A DNA stretch of 64,000 nucleotides from a virus: positions 8,782-72,781 of the IMG/VR virus record IMGVR_UViG_3300046673_000058. The stretch is one strand, 5' to 3'. Of the stretch, positions 10,160-20,755 are shown piece after piece (the first letter of the stretch is position 1; every line of letters begins with the position of its first letter). A program made the position numbers and the translations under genes. The notes beneath the pieces are model-generated. The model worked only from the letters and a program-made list of their open reading frames with translations. It had not been told where the DNA came from and ran no database searches.

Positions 10160-10588
10160 CTAAGAACCTAAAATGTCAAACCCTGCCGGTGTTTCACTGC
10201 TACCCATAATGAATGACTTGGCTTTGATTTCAAAGTGGTGCATCACATTATCAGGCAGATGTGGGTGTATAACCAGAAAGGTAGTAGAACCTGCAGAAGG
10301 TGCGTTCGTAACCACGATTACGTCTCCGCGCTGCACGTCTAACGATGGGCGAGTGTAGAGCTTGTGCGTGAGTTTGTCCTTACGCGCGTCGTTAGCTAAA
10401 CGTTCGTGGTCGTTGAGCTCTCTAGTCCTGCCAACTCCGGTATCAACTATGTTCCATGAGTTCGTAACAGCGCCGCTACCTGTAGTCGTACCGTCCATTG
10501 ACACAGTATTGCGGTAGACCTCGAACGTGGAGTTGAAAGCCACGTCTGAAATCCACGGGTCGAGGGAGTAGGCGCTCTGGTTGGGCAT
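10160..10588 (-). CDS. Head closure / head-tail joining protein
   Basis: THKLY...DVQRGD.I and HH.EI pattern; synteny with gp10. Confidence 0.7.
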   Translation of the reverse strand: MPNQSAYSLDPWISDVAFNSTFEVYRNTVSMDGTTTGSGAVTNSWNIVDTGVGRTRELNDHERLANDARKDKLTHKLYTRPSLDVQRGDVIVVTNAPSAGSTTFLVIHPHLPDNVMHHFEIKAKSFIMGSSETPAGFDILGS

Positions 10589-10594
10589 TTTGCC

Positions 10595-11014
10595 TTATAG
10601 GGAAGCGTTCGGCACGTTTATGACAGCTATACTAATGTCCGCCGCTACGTCGTAACTCACTGTACACGTGTAGTCGCCCGTATCAGGTGAGTCCTTCTCA
10701 CCCCATCGGTCGCGCAGCCAAACCCCAGTTATTACTGTTTTGGTTCCCTTGACCGTGATTACTTTGTCCATACACGCACCTGAGTTGCCCCACTGGTCTT
10801 TCTGACTTGTGAAGGTTACGGTGTGCTCGGATGCGTCGCTGTTTGTGATTACAACGACCGTCCGCATCACGTCATTGATGGGTACATAGACATACTCGTC
10901 CGCTACTTTGTACTTGCCAGCATCTTCCGAAAGTTCTTCGGACACAACGGAGGTCATTGTAAACGCTACTCCGCCCAGCGTCGGTACGAGCGGCGTAAAT
11001 GTTAAACTTGTCAT
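10595..11014 (-). CDS. Beta-rich structural protein (paralog of 11031-11435)
   Basis: Shares TP..PTL, TVTFT, DK..T, TGVWL...WG and SIAV..VP.AS with its neighbour. Confidence 0.65.
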   Translation of the reverse strand: MTSLTFTPLVPTLGGVAFTMTSVVSEELSEDAGKYKVADEYVYVPINDVMRTVVVITNSDASEHTVTFTSQKDQWGNSGACMDKVITVKGTKTVITGVWLRDRWGEKDSPDTGDYTCTVSYDVAADISIAVINVPNASL

Positions 11015-11030
11015 TTCTGTTGTCCTCCGG

Positions 11031-11453
11031 TTATATACTCGCGTAGGGTACTTGCACGACCGCTATACTCATGTTAGTCAAACTAGCTTCTGCGTGCCAC
11101 GTAAGCTCACAGCCGCCGTATGCGCCGCTTGTATTGTCTCTGTTTCCCCAGTGATACGGGAGCCACACGCCTGTTAGTGTTGTGCCGCTTGCTGCCGTAA
11201 CCGTCTTGTCACTACCTCCTACTGTCTGGTAGTTCGTAAACGTGACCGTCTGGGTGGTACTAGTGTTCTTAATGAACACAAGGGTCATGAGCGTGTCGCT
11301 TAGAGGCACCACCTGGTTTGCCGCTGCGGATGTAAAGATAAGCTCCGCAGGGTCAAGTGGTGCAACCCCGGACGTTGCGTTCGGCCCAGGGTCTAGCGTG
11401 GGGATTATCGGAGTTAAAACCGAGAATGTTGTCATTCGTATCGTGCCCCACAC
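11031..11453 (-). CDS. Beta-rich structural protein (true start probably 11435)
   Basis: Tandem paralog of 10595-11014, directly after the tail tube gene. Confidence 0.65.
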   Translation of the reverse strand: MWGTIRMTTFSVLTPIIPTLDPGPNATSGVAPLDPAELIFTSAAANQVVPLSDTLMTLVFIKNTSTTQTVTFTNYQTVGGSDKTVTAASGTTLTGVWLPYHWGNRDNTSGAYGGCELTWHAEASLTNMSIAVVQVPYASI

Positions 11454-11953
11454 TAGATTGCAACGTAATCGTATGCGCCGTTTCCAGTAAGTTTTCCTGT
11501 GTAAGTAATGAGGTTGTCGTGCGGCCCGTCGAGTGAGAAGTCACTGATTATCGCCCATCCGGTGTACGTTGAACCTGTCCCTGCGGGTTCTCCGTATTTG
11601 GGTGTGACAATCTGAACATAGATTTGTCCTTCGTCGTTATCGTATGACCCGCTCTCCTCAAACGCGTCCTGTAACGCTACGAGACTTGGGTCCATAGCGC
11701 CAGTTGAATCGTCAGTAATCCATACGCCGTCAAAGTCGAACGTCCACTGGATAAATCCTCTGACTACCCTGTACCACGGGAATGAATCTTTATGCTGTGC
11801 CTTGATAACATCCCCAGTCCGGCCAAATGTTCCTTTTCTTTGACCTGCGACCTTCGTAAATACCGGGGTGTCTGGCCCTGTTCCGCCAACAGTTCCGGCT
11901 GTCATTATATACAGCAGAAACTTGCCGCCTAATTGTTCCGTAGGATTCGTCAT
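11453..11953 (-). CDS. Major tail tube protein (TP901-1-like)
   Basis: VAGQR, KDS..W, W.FDFDG and Y.GWAIISDFSLDGPHD.L.TY...LTGNG motifs. Confidence 0.88.
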   Translation of the reverse strand: MTNPTEQLGGKFLLYIMTAGTVGGTGPDTPVFTKVAGQRKGTFGRTGDVIKAQHKDSFPWYRVVRGFIQWTFDFDGVWITDDSTGAMDPSLVALQDAFEESGSYDNDEGQIYVQIVTPKYGEPAGTGSTYTGWAIISDFSLDGPHDNLITYTGKLTGNGAYDYVAI

Positions 11954-12051
11954 TTATGCCTTGTTTCTCCGATTTACCTATAGTCCTTTAATTCCTTTAG
12001 TTCCTTAATCCCATTTTTTCCATGCATAAGGTATACTCTTTTCTTAATTCC

Positions 12052-12372
12052 TTAGGCTGTCACACCACCCCCGTAGGTTGGTGTGATAATAACAGAGCCG
12101 CTGTCGAGCAACTCATCTGTGGTGCCGTGACCCCACAGCTCATAGTAAAATGCCCCCACGTACGGCGCTGTGTCTGCGGCGGTTAAGTCAACTTCAACGT
12201 TAATTGTGGATGTTCCGGTTATTTTCTTTGGGTCAATATCCTTCGTAATAACTGCGTCTTTTGTGCCGCGGTCAATCATAACCCACACAACAGATGTACC
12301 GAACGCTGGGGTGCTACTAATTGTGAGTGTAAAGCTTTGGTCTTCACCCTGTACTTCCGCCAAATCAGCCAT
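12052..12372 (-). CDS. BppU N-terminal-like structural protein
   Basis: QGED..F, V.LTAADT, G.FYYEL and G.V.I.P motifs. Confidence 0.55.
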   Translation of the reverse strand: MADLAEVQGEDQSFTLTISSTPAFGTSVVWVMIDRGTKDAVITKDIDPKKITGTSTINVEVDLTAADTAPYVGAFYYELWGHGTTDELLDSGSVIITPTYGGGVTA

Positions 12373-12758
12373 TACGGGGTCACCCCATCAGTCAATGACG
12401 TGTCAATATCGAACGTCGCCGTCGCCCCAGGTGCCGGGTAAATCACGCGTGCCTCCGCGCTGATGGTGAGTTTAATTTCATACTGAAACGTTTTACCCCC
12501 CATTCCTGTAGTATTGGTAGAGGCAACGTCCACCGTGAACGCTCCGTCAGTCCCGTCTGTCTTAAAACTAACACCACCAACACTTTTACTCTTCTTAATC
12601 TGTGTGGTGCCGTTGTCAGCCACGAACAATATCTCACTAGCTGTTGAAATGTTGATGCCGTTGTTTGAGGCGTCCACATACTGAAACGTCTGCGGCCAGT
12701 CCTCTCCTGCGTAAATCGTAAAGTCTGCTGTCATGTTTGTTTTCCTCTTTTGCCGCAC
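12372..12758 (-). CDS. BppU N-terminal-like structural protein (true start probably 12734)
   Basis: IYAGEDW..TF.Y.D.....INIS.A, G.FTV and YEIKL motifs. Confidence 0.55.
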   Translation of the reverse strand: MRQKRKTNMTADFTIYAGEDWPQTFQYVDASNNGINISTASEILFVADNGTTQIKKSKSVGGVSFKTDGTDGAFTVDVASTNTTGMGGKTFQYEIKLTISAEARVIYPAPGATATFDIDTSLTDGVTP

Positions 12759-14668
12759 GGTAAGACGGTTATCATCTCAGGCGCGCGTTCGGTAATCGGT
12801 ATTAATGTGACTAGGCGCTGCCTGCCAGGGATTGTCGAAGGCGCGCGTTCTACCAGTGCTTTTGTTGTCGCACTCAGCCGCGTGGTCGGTACAGTCTGAA
12901 CCAATCGCTCAGTAATGGTCATGTCCTCCATAAAGCACGTGTCTATGACAGACTCTAGTGTGAGCGTTCCCGAATATGTCTGCGCCCTAACATCTGTGGG
13001 GATGCTGCTCGTCAAGTCCCTGTGTGTTACGGTTAGCTGATGCTGAACAGTTCCAGAAAGTTGTGCCAAGTCATCTGGTGTTAATAGAATAACAAACGTC
13101 GGGGGCGTCGGGTCATAAATAGCCCTGACTATTGACGGGTGTACTCTGAATATCGTAGAATCTGCAGTTGTCTTTGTTATACTGGTTCCCAAAACTTCCC
13201 ACGTTACCGTTGCCTCGCTGAAATCGCTTACGCTGCCGTTTGCGTCGCGGATAGTGAGGTATAAAAGGTTCTGATGCGTTTGGTTACTAACCGCGATATT
13301 GATTGCGGGATTTGTGGCCTCCGTAAACAAGAACGGAACGCTTATGTCCGTTATATCCGCAGGTACTGTAAGTCCTAACCTGTCGGTTCGGTCAAGCCAC
13401 CATTCTGCCGTTTGTGCGTCAGGCGCCCACGGCCAGCAGGAACCTGTTTGCATACAGGATATCCCGTCAAAAGCGCCCCGAAGACCGTTAGCCACGCGGA
13501 GTTCTCTGAGTAGGTTCATATCCTGTGACTCCGCCAGCCATTCCCAATAGTGTCGGTTGTTTGGTTCTCCAACACTCTGATACATCCACCACGTCTTACC
13601 AGTAGCGTGTTCGGTTCCGTCGGAATTGATGTTATAGAGCGTGTCAAAGTTTTGTATTACAGGAATCGACGGGAAATTAGTTGCTGCATACGCTTCAAGC
13701 GGCATGATTTGTTGAAACATCGTCGACGTATAGCATTCAAACTGAACCTCATCGATTTGATTAAGACGATAATCACTATCAGGGGTCGGCGTAATTGTTG
13801 AGCCGTCTGGGTTAGTGCCGCTTAATGAACCTCCGGCGGGTGGTTGCCCTGGTGGAGTAGTAAGCGTGTTCCACGGATACGCATACGCATTATTGGCGCG
13901 TGGGTTGTAGCCGCCGGCCATTGTTCCACCGCCGACTGAATCAGTGACATAAAATTTAGAGGCCCCGGTTAACCAGCGAAGCTCATTTGTGTACGCAAAC
14001 TCGCAGGCCCAACCTCTGAAGTTCGTGCTGTAATTTGTTTCAAGGTATCGCAGTCCCGGGCCGTACAACGAATCGAATGAATAGCCTGTTATGTTCCCCC
14101 CCGTATTCTTATGGTCATCAACATTCCAACCCTGCTCGTCTGCTTCAGCGTCGGTAGCAGGAGTGTTCCACATATATAACCCATCAGGGTCAATGCCCCC
14201 CAGCGGCTTATCGGCAGGGTTAGCAAAACACATATAAAGTCGCCATTCGAGGTCGTAGTCTATCAGAGGAGCGATATATGTGTCATACCAGATGTCCATC
14301 GCGGCGTGGGCCGATGCTGGATATGTTTTGCCGTACACGGTGTTGTCTTGGGTAGTAAATATGCTTTTAAGGGTTGATGGGTCAAGTGATAAGTCATAAA
14401 TGGCCCTAAGGTCGATTATCTGAGTAAGCGACCAGCCATTATCTTTAAAATATTGTAGGTAATCTACATCACCTGTAACCAAGGCCGGTTGTAAAACATT
14501 TTGTGAGTAAAGTGTGCAACTCCCTTGATAACCGCGCGGCCACGTTAAGAGGGTAGAATCACCCCATGAAGAGCCAGACTCCCAGTGCAGTTGCCCGCTG
14601 CACGGGCACGTGCTACTCGGATTGATGTATTTTACTGGATAGCGCGGTCTTTTTCTCGTCATCATCAC
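12731..14668 (-). CDS. Virion protein: putative glycan-binding/hydrolase domain plus C-terminal BppU-like domain
   Basis: 645 aa, Trp/Tyr/Asp-rich; C-terminal LTIRDANG...DFS.ATV.W...LTPDD...L.G...HQL.V. Confidence 0.5.
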   Translation of the reverse strand: MMMTRKRPRYPVKYINPSSTCPCSGQLHWESGSSWGDSTLLTWPRGYQGSCTLYSQNVLQPALVTGDVDYLQYFKDNGWSLTQIIDLRAIYDLSLDPSTLKSIFTTQDNTVYGKTYPASAHAAMDIWYDTYIAPLIDYDLEWRLYMCFANPADKPLGGIDPDGLYMWNTPATDAEADEQGWNVDDHKNTGGNITGYSFDSLYGPGLRYLETNYSTNFRGWACEFAYTNELRWLTGASKFYVTDSVGGGTMAGGYNPRANNAYAYPWNTLTTPPGQPPAGGSLSGTNPDGSTITPTPDSDYRLNQIDEVQFECYTSTMFQQIMPLEAYAATNFPSIPVIQNFDTLYNINSDGTEHATGKTWWMYQSVGEPNNRHYWEWLAESQDMNLLRELRVANGLRGAFDGISCMQTGSCWPWAPDAQTAEWWLDRTDRLGLTVPADITDISVPFLFTEATNPAINIAVSNQTHQNLLYLTIRDANGSVSDFSEATVTWEVLGTSITKTTADSTIFRVHPSIVRAIYDPTPPTFVILLTPDDLAQLSGTVQHQLTVTHRDLTSSIPTDVRAQTYSGTLTLESVIDTCFMEDMTITERLVQTVPTTRLSATTKALVERAPSTIPGRQRLVTLIPITERAPEMITVLPCGKRGKQT

Positions 14669-16680
14669 ACCGGAGTAAATTGTAGTCGTGCGCCGTACGC
14701 ACCTGTGGTAAGTGATTGTCCAATACGCGCCCCGAACAATTCAGGAAGAAATCCAGCCCCACTTCCGACAACCACCGGCGATGGGTACGAAGTCCCTTCG
14801 TTAAATACCACACTCGTTCTACCACTCACTATTAAGGAACCAGGAAGCAAAAACCAGTTTTGTGTTTGACTTGGTCCGAATAACGCCCAATCGCCAATGA
14901 TTGTGTCCGCGCTTGCGGGAATCTGGATATTGGTATCAGTGTAATTAGTAAAGACCTCCCAATTATAAGTATAATCAGAAACAAGCAGGTGATAGGTTCC
15001 GTCTACATTGAGCTGAACTATTGCGCCGTCAACAAGTGTTGGAAGGAACCCGAATAAGAACTCTAACCCCCTGTAACTGTGGCCCCATAACTGGGACGTA
15101 GTTCCACTTGACGTCGTCTCGGTCCCATCCCACGGCACGATGCCCGTCGTACTGCCGAGTTGCGTTCCAAAACTCCCAGTACGTCCGACGTATGCTAAAT
15201 TAGAGGTGCTTGCAGGACTTCGCTGAAGTGGTGGGAGGTTTGTAGGCGTCCACGATGCAAACTCCATCAGAGCCAAGCATTGTATCCCTGCGTACGCTCG
15301 AAGCGTCATGATGCCCCACCCTGTAGCAGGGCGGTCTAAATATATAGGGGCAGCACCCAAATGCCACGGTGTCGCATAGCCCCCGCCAGTGTATTGTATG
15401 TATTCAACCGGACTTGGATACGCCGTCGTGTCGTACACCTCAAACTGCAAGTCATCGAGGTACATAGTCATAGCGCCAACCCCTAAATTGTCAGAGGTGA
15501 GTACTCTTATTCCAAACAACGCATACGCGGTCGTCGGTTGTGTAAACGTGACTGTGTAAGCATACCGGGTCGGCGCATTATTGGCAAGATTAATCGTCGC
15601 CGATTGGTGCTCCAGTAGGAGCGTTCCGCCTGCGTTGTACTCTCGGATATATATACGAATCTTCCACGGAGTCCCGCTTGGGGATGACGGTGAATTTATC
15701 CACAAGCTTGCGGTGTATTGCGCCCCAGTGGTGGCAACGAGGTGAGAACTAGGCCCTACGTTACTGGTCGCTGCGGGATTCGTAACAAACTCAAGGGAAT
15801 GCGTCCCGTCCTGAGCCCAAAACGTTGATGATGAAATTGCCCCTGTAGGGTAGTACTGCATGTCATAAACCGTGCCGCTTTCCAGGCCTGATGCTGCGTT
15901 AGTGTCTGTGATTAGATTTGGGGGATACGTCGCAACTAAGCCGCCACGATTCTGTGCAAAGGTGCATAAGTTTTGTGCGGTATCCGTGTGCGGCCGTTCC
16001 CCACCTACAGCAGAAACCCGCGACTCTAGTTTTGTGCCATCGGCAGAGAGCACACTGGGAAATGCACCAAGTATAATATGTGGTTTCGGATGGGCGGTAT
16101 CCCCATCAACCACAAACATAGGGTCAGGCGGTAGGTCTTCCCCGTCCAAATTATCGCTTATCGACCACGTATAACCGGCTCCTGATACTGTGCCGCTTAC
16201 ATACGTGTGCAATAAGGGGTACGTCATTGTTAAAGCATTACTGTCTACTGAACTAATCAGATTAATCTCTGAGTGCGTTGCGTCGCTAATAGCAACAGGT
16301 CTCGAGGTTCCGATGAAAGGTGTAAATAAAGAAGCGTTTTCGACCGTTACAACTTCACCGTTAATCGTGCTTATGTTAGAGGTAACGAGTGTGTCCTCTT
16401 CTGTGGCACTGTAAAATAAAGGAACAGCAACACCTACGTTGTTGACTGTATCGTCATAGTTCGGGTCGCCATAGTAGTAGGTAATATCTCCTACATTGGT
16501 GAAATTGCAACGGCGCATACCGGCCCATGGGAGCACCTTACTGAAGTCGGTCCCTGCATACCAGTTCGCACTTGCGTTCCCGCGAATTAAAAAAGCCCCA
16601 CCGGATACCAGAGCTCCGCCACCCCACGGAAACGGGATGCTTGCCGTTGATGTCGGCCATGTTACTGTGTAAAGTGCCAC
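14665..16680 (-). CDS. Virion fibre/adhesin with CBM4/9-like carbohydrate-binding domain
   Basis: NLI...GLE.G, A.DG..SL, YTASLWI and YLDDLQFE motifs; Thr-rich. Confidence 0.6.
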   Translation of the reverse strand: MALYTVTWPTSTASIPFPWGGGALVSGGAFLIRGNASANWYAGTDFSKVLPWAGMRRCNFTNVGDITYYYGDPNYDDTVNNVGVAVPLFYSATEEDTLVTSNISTINGEVVTVENASLFTPFIGTSRPVAISDATHSEINLISSVDSNALTMTYPLLHTYVSGTVSGAGYTWSISDNLDGEDLPPDPMFVVDGDTAHPKPHIILGAFPSVLSADGTKLESRVSAVGGERPHTDTAQNLCTFAQNRGGLVATYPPNLITDTNAASGLESGTVYDMQYYPTGAISSSTFWAQDGTHSLEFVTNPAATSNVGPSSHLVATTGAQYTASLWINSPSSPSGTPWKIRIYIREYNAGGTLLLEHQSATINLANNAPTRYAYTVTFTQPTTAYALFGIRVLTSDNLGVGAMTMYLDDLQFEVYDTTAYPSPVEYIQYTGGGYATPWHLGAAPIYLDRPATGWGIMTLRAYAGIQCLALMEFASWTPTNLPPLQRSPASTSNLAYVGRTGSFGTQLGSTTGIVPWDGTETTSSGTTSQLWGHSYRGLEFLFGFLPTLVDGAIVQLNVDGTYHLLVSDYTYNWEVFTNYTDTNIQIPASADTIIGDWALFGPSQTQNWFLLPGSLIVSGRTSVVFNEGTSYPSPVVVGSGAGFLPELFGARIGQSLTTGAYGARLQFTPV

Positions 16681-16709
16681 TGTTTTATCCTAACGCCTAA
16701 ATCCTAAAG

Positions 16710-18797
16710 TTAAAGCACGTACATCTTTTTCTTTTTGAATGATTGTTCAATCGGTAGAACGTCCGCGTACGCATTGCCTGACGTTGTAGTGTTTTGGAAT
16801 AACAATCGGACAATAACGGGTTGCCCATTAATATTCGTTGATTTGTAGTTCACTGTGTAGTTACCCCATGTAGGTGTTGCGATATTTGCTGAGTATGCCG
16901 CATCCATGTTCGCTTCCGCGAGGACTGCATTTGAACTACTCCAGAGTGGGTCAGCGGTGGGGTCGATTATCTGTAACCTGAACGTGCCCCCTACAATGTC
17001 TTTCGTTCCTACAACGGAAAAAGAGATAGTTTGATTCGGGGGTGCGTAGGTTCTCCAGTTCCAGAATATTGGATTGTTCGCGCCGTATGTCCCATCAACC
17101 GCAAGTCTCAGCGTTTCTCTTGCACCGTGTACGGTTGTGCTCTGTGTATACGCTGTACCCCCTTTCGTCCAACAGTACATCGTATAAAGAGTCCCACCAA
17201 TGGTACACGCTCGCGCTTGATTGTTTGACCACGTCGGTTGAAGGTTGGCGGATGTCAACGTCGTCGTGGTTAGTGTGGAGTTGTAAAGTTCAGTATCAAA
17301 CGCGGCACCCATATCTGAAGCAGTTCCGGCGGATGTGCAGTTGTAAATTTTGGTACCCGCGATGTTCATCCCAAGCGTAGTATTCGTCGAATTTTTTGAA
17401 ACGCAATTTGATAGTGTGCAGTCAGCAGCAATGTTAAGCATACCGCGCGTCGTATTTTGTAGAGCACACCCACTGTATAACGCTTGTCTCGTACCAGCGG
17501 AGTTGTATTCAAATGTCGATGCGACGTTAATACCGGCACATCGGTTATACTGATTCCCGTATGCGCCACCACAGAACGCTTCGTTTTGCGTGGTATTGAA
17601 CAGAACCGAATCGGTAACTGATGCACCCACACCTAACGTAAGGTATATAACTGCGGCGAGATTGCCATCAAACGTCACCCCGTTCATTGCCCACGATGCG
17701 CCAGACGTGATAGATGTTTGATACGACCGCACGCCGTTCATGACCTGTGATGCGGCAGTTCCTGCTGTTGTTGTAGCGTAGGTGCTCTTGTAAATGAGAA
17801 TCGGACGTGAATAGATTGCGACAATATCCCCTACTGTGCGAGCGCCGTCCGTTGCTGGCAACGGCACCGTTAAAACAACAGGATACGCAGAGGTAGCGCC
17901 TATTGTCGCTGCGGCCCCAGAGGTAAGCGCGGAGACCGTATAGAGTCCATTGGCCGCCTCAGTCATTACGGCGTTCTTTGAACCGTTACCGATAAGAATC
18001 TGTTGACCGACCTGAAGCCCCATATTTGCAGCAAGCCATATCGTATCGGTGCCTGAATTGGTTGACCCCGCGCCTGTTAATGTTGTATAAGGAAGGGTTT
18101 GAAGTTGGCCGTAATATTTTTGCGCGCTTGCGGTGATAGCACCCGCCGCGATAAGCTCAATAGTAGTCTGATTGCCCGACGCCCATGTGCCAGGCGATGC
18201 GCCGCCAGTTGTCCATGTGGCAGGAAACGGGATATAATCTGTTGTGGAGTTGCCGACCTGGAGCGTACCTGTGCCGCTTATGCTAATTCCCGTTTTCATC
18301 TTGAGGTACGGGTGGAGCACCTGATAGCCGACTTCAAAATACGCTATGGGTGCTGTTGATGTGTATGAATACGTAGTAACGGGGATGGTGAGGGTATCCC
18401 CTGACACGGTCGTAATGACAACGGTTTCACTGTGAACGCCATCTGTAAGCGTTGTCGTCATCCCGCTTGAGAACTTCTTACCTTCGTTGGTTGCTACGGT
18501 GACTGATGTAGTCGATGCCGCCGTTATGTTTGACGTAATTGCAGTACGTAATGCTGCGTCAGAAGTAGCATCGGGAACTGTGCAAGGGTTCGCGGTCGGG
18601 AAGGTTAGTTTGCCCGTTGAGGTTATTGTGAGCCCGGCTAACCCAGTTGTGAAAGCATGTTGGTCAACGTCAAAGACAACGGTCATCCCCGTGGGAATCG
18701 CGACGGTCTTATTGTCCATGTTCGTGCCGGACGGGTCGGCACCCCATGTTTTATAGGCACTCCATGCACCATCAGAAACAGCTGTGAAGTCGGTCAT
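16710..18797 (-). CDS. Tailspike-like protein (G8-like N-terminus, parallel beta-helix)
   Basis: G.WS...TW start and regularly spaced N/C ladder (YNRCA, YSGCA, LSNCV, IYNCT). Confidence 0.6.
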   Translation of the reverse strand: MTDFTAVSDGAWSAYKTWGADPSGTNMDNKTVAIPTGMTVVFDVDQHAFTTGLAGLTITSTGKLTFPTANPCTVPDATSDAALRTAITSNITAASTTSVTVATNEGKKFSSGMTTTLTDGVHSETVVITTVSGDTLTIPVTTYSYTSTAPIAYFEVGYQVLHPYLKMKTGISISGTGTLQVGNSTTDYIPFPATWTTGGASPGTWASGNQTTIELIAAGAITASAQKYYGQLQTLPYTTLTGAGSTNSGTDTIWLAANMGLQVGQQILIGNGSKNAVMTEAANGLYTVSALTSGAAATIGATSAYPVVLTVPLPATDGARTVGDIVAIYSRPILIYKSTYATTTAGTAASQVMNGVRSYQTSITSGASWAMNGVTFDGNLAAVIYLTLGVGASVTDSVLFNTTQNEAFCGGAYGNQYNRCAGINVASTFEYNSAGTRQALYSGCALQNTTRGMLNIAADCTLSNCVSKNSTNTTLGMNIAGTKIYNCTSAGTASDMGAAFDTELYNSTLTTTTLTSANLQPTWSNNQARACTIGGTLYTMYCWTKGGTAYTQSTTVHGARETLRLAVDGTYGANNPIFWNWRTYAPPNQTISFSVVGTKDIVGGTFRLQIIDPTADPLWSSSNAVLAEANMDAAYSANIATPTWGNYTVNYKSTNINGQPVIVRLLFQNTTTSGNAYADVLPIEQSFKKKKMYVL

Positions 18798-18805
18798 TGT
18801 TCACC

Positions 18806-19687
18806 TCACGCTACTGCTCGAGCAAATACTGTCACAGTCCCAGTGCCGCCACCGGTGGTGACGTTTATCCTCACGGACTTGAACCCTGCACACATCAACT
18901 GATACCCATTGTTCAGCGACGTGGCCAATGTTACCGAAGTGGCATCGCTGCCGCTCGTTATATCCGTAACGTCTACTAATGGGACGTAGTTCGTACCGTC
19001 GATAGATGCCTCAAATGAAAGCGTCGCCGTTCCGGTAATCGCCGGAGAAGTAGAGCATACGACTGAGAGTGCGAGCATCTTGTAACCCGTTACGTTCATC
19101 GCCGTTCCGTATGACTGTCCCCCTGTAATAGCGTATGCGTTGAGCAGATACCCTGAGACTCTATCCTCTGATGTTTGAAGGGCCTGCTTGAGTATGAAAA
19201 TGGTCTGGTCGTTCGTAGTCAAAGAGCCGCCGCTGACGAACCTGTACCTGTAATAAACTGACGATAGAGCCTGTGGTGCAAGGTCAAACGCCTGTGCGGT
19301 CGCTGGCGCGGTAACGGTGATTGTATGCGTTTGTGTTGCCGTCCAGCTCGAATTGTCTGCGCTTTCGTCTAGGTAAAGCGTGCCCGACTGGTCAACGACA
19401 AGCCAACCACGTATACCCCAAGGTACTGGACTCGTAGTAAAACGATTGACTCCGGTTTGTGTGTATGTTCCCGCTGTCGACCCGCCGCCTTTTAGGGGTG
19501 TTGAGGTGAGCGTTGGCGCTGGGTCGCGATAGCGGCCCGCTTGACCGATGTATGCCGTGCCTGCACCCAGCGTAAGGGCCCCGACGTCGGTTGTTACGTT
19601 GACTCCAAGATTACCACTAGCGTCTACGTTAAGTGGATATTCTTTATTGTTAGTGTCGAGGGCTACTAATGTGATTCTTTGTGTCAT
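18806..19687 (-). CDS. Beta-sandwich virion decoration/fibre protein
   Basis: PLNVDASG.L.V, SIDGTNYV and FKSVR motifs; Thr/Gly-rich. Confidence 0.55.
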   Translation of the reverse strand: MTQRITLVALDTNNKEYPLNVDASGNLGVNVTTDVGALTLGAGTAYIGQAGRYRDPAPTLTSTPLKGGGSTAGTYTQTGVNRFTTSPVPWGIRGWLVVDQSGTLYLDESADNSSWTATQTHTITVTAPATAQAFDLAPQALSSVYYRYRFVSGGSLTTNDQTIFILKQALQTSEDRVSGYLLNAYAITGGQSYGTAMNVTGYKMLALSVVCSTSPAITGTATLSFEASIDGTNYVPLVDVTDITSGSDATSVTLATSLNNGYQLMCAGFKSVRINVTTGGGTGTVTVFARAVA

Positions 19688-19696
19688 TTTTTTACC

Positions 19697-20437
19697 TCAC
19701 GCTAGAGCCACGTAGACGCAGTACACAGTCGTTGCACCTGTCGCGCCTGCGCTACCACCTACCGTTCCCACTAAATTAACGGGTGATGCGCCAGTGTAGT
19801 ATTGTAATGGGCTTCCTTGCGTGGTTATCGTGTCAGCAGCGCCAGCGCTATATGTCAAAACCAGAGGCTGCCATAACAAGGTACCCCTCGTGGAGAGAGT
19901 CGTGCCTGTTACATTAGTTGCCGTAAGCCCCATGCTCGCTATGGGTATGAAGCCTTCAAGCGTGCCGGATATTCCTAATTTTAATGAAGCACTAGCACCG
20001 TTCCATGTCTCTGTGCATACTGCAATGACGTCAGTGACCAGTGCGTTTGCCGGCATTGCGATAACGTTCTTAGTCGTATCAGCGTGCCCTATCGTCCCTG
20101 TTAGAACCTTTACCACGCCTGCAGCCAACTGAGTGGATGCTATGGCTGCGTTGGAATCCAACTGCGTTCCTAAAATTCCCGCAGAGTCAGAAAGCGAAGC
20201 GTGAGTGAATGTCTTTGCAGTCGTCACCGATTCAGTCACCGCGTTAGCAGCTAGTTTATCGTTTGTAATCGTTCCGGCTGCGATATCGGTTGCTACCACC
20301 GTGCCAGGGGCTATATTGGCGGCAGTTATCGTCGCATTGGCGGGCTGCGTGCCTACAATGCCCGCGCTGTCTGAGAGCATCGGGCCTGTGAGCCACTTAC
20401 CTCTAAAAAATTTAGCTAATTCTGTTTTATATCCCAT
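19697..20437 (-). CDS. Virion fibre/decoration protein with short Ala/Thr repeats
   Basis: ITAANIAPGTVVATDIAAGTITNDKLAANAVT repeats, then a P.NA.V..V...ETWNG domain. Confidence 0.55.
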   Translation of the reverse strand: MGYKTELAKFFRGKWLTGPMLSDSAGIVGTQPANATITAANIAPGTVVATDIAAGTITNDKLAANAVTESVTTAKTFTHASLSDSAGILGTQLDSNAAIASTQLAAGVVKVLTGTIGHADTTKNVIAMPANALVTDVIAVCTETWNGASASLKLGISGTLEGFIPIASMGLTATNVTGTTLSTRGTLLWQPLVLTYSAGAADTITTQGSPLQYYTGASPVNLVGTVGGSAGATGATTVYCVYVALA

Positions 20438-20490
20438 TCTTAAACCTCCTCCTCCGTCGCATGGGAATTGCGACTAATCCTAAGACTAGA

Positions 20491-20754
20491 TTACGTACCC
20501 TGCCTATTTCCTTTCATCCGGTTTATTTGCCGGTTCATGTCTTTTAGTAATTTGGCGTTGTATGCACCTTTCGGCACGGATGCGGTTCCGATGTCTGTTA
20601 CACATATCGTCGTCATTAGCGTGCCTGCGGTGCCTATGTCGGTAACAAAGCCCGCTTGGGTTTTCAGTTTACCTTCTGAGGCTTTCTTTTCATTTTGTGT
20701 TTCAATCGTCTTCTTCTGAGGTTCCGTCTTCTTCGTTTCTACCTTGTCCATCAT
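20491..20754 (-). CDS. Small hypothetical protein
   Basis: Start at 20754 preceded by GGTGA; internal VTDIGTA duplication. Confidence 0.5.
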   Translation of the reverse strand: MMDKVETKKTEPQKKTIETQNEKKASEGKLKTQAGFVTDIGTAGTLMTTICVTDIGTASVPKGAYNAKLLKDMNRQINRMKGNRQGT

Positions 20755-20755
20755 T

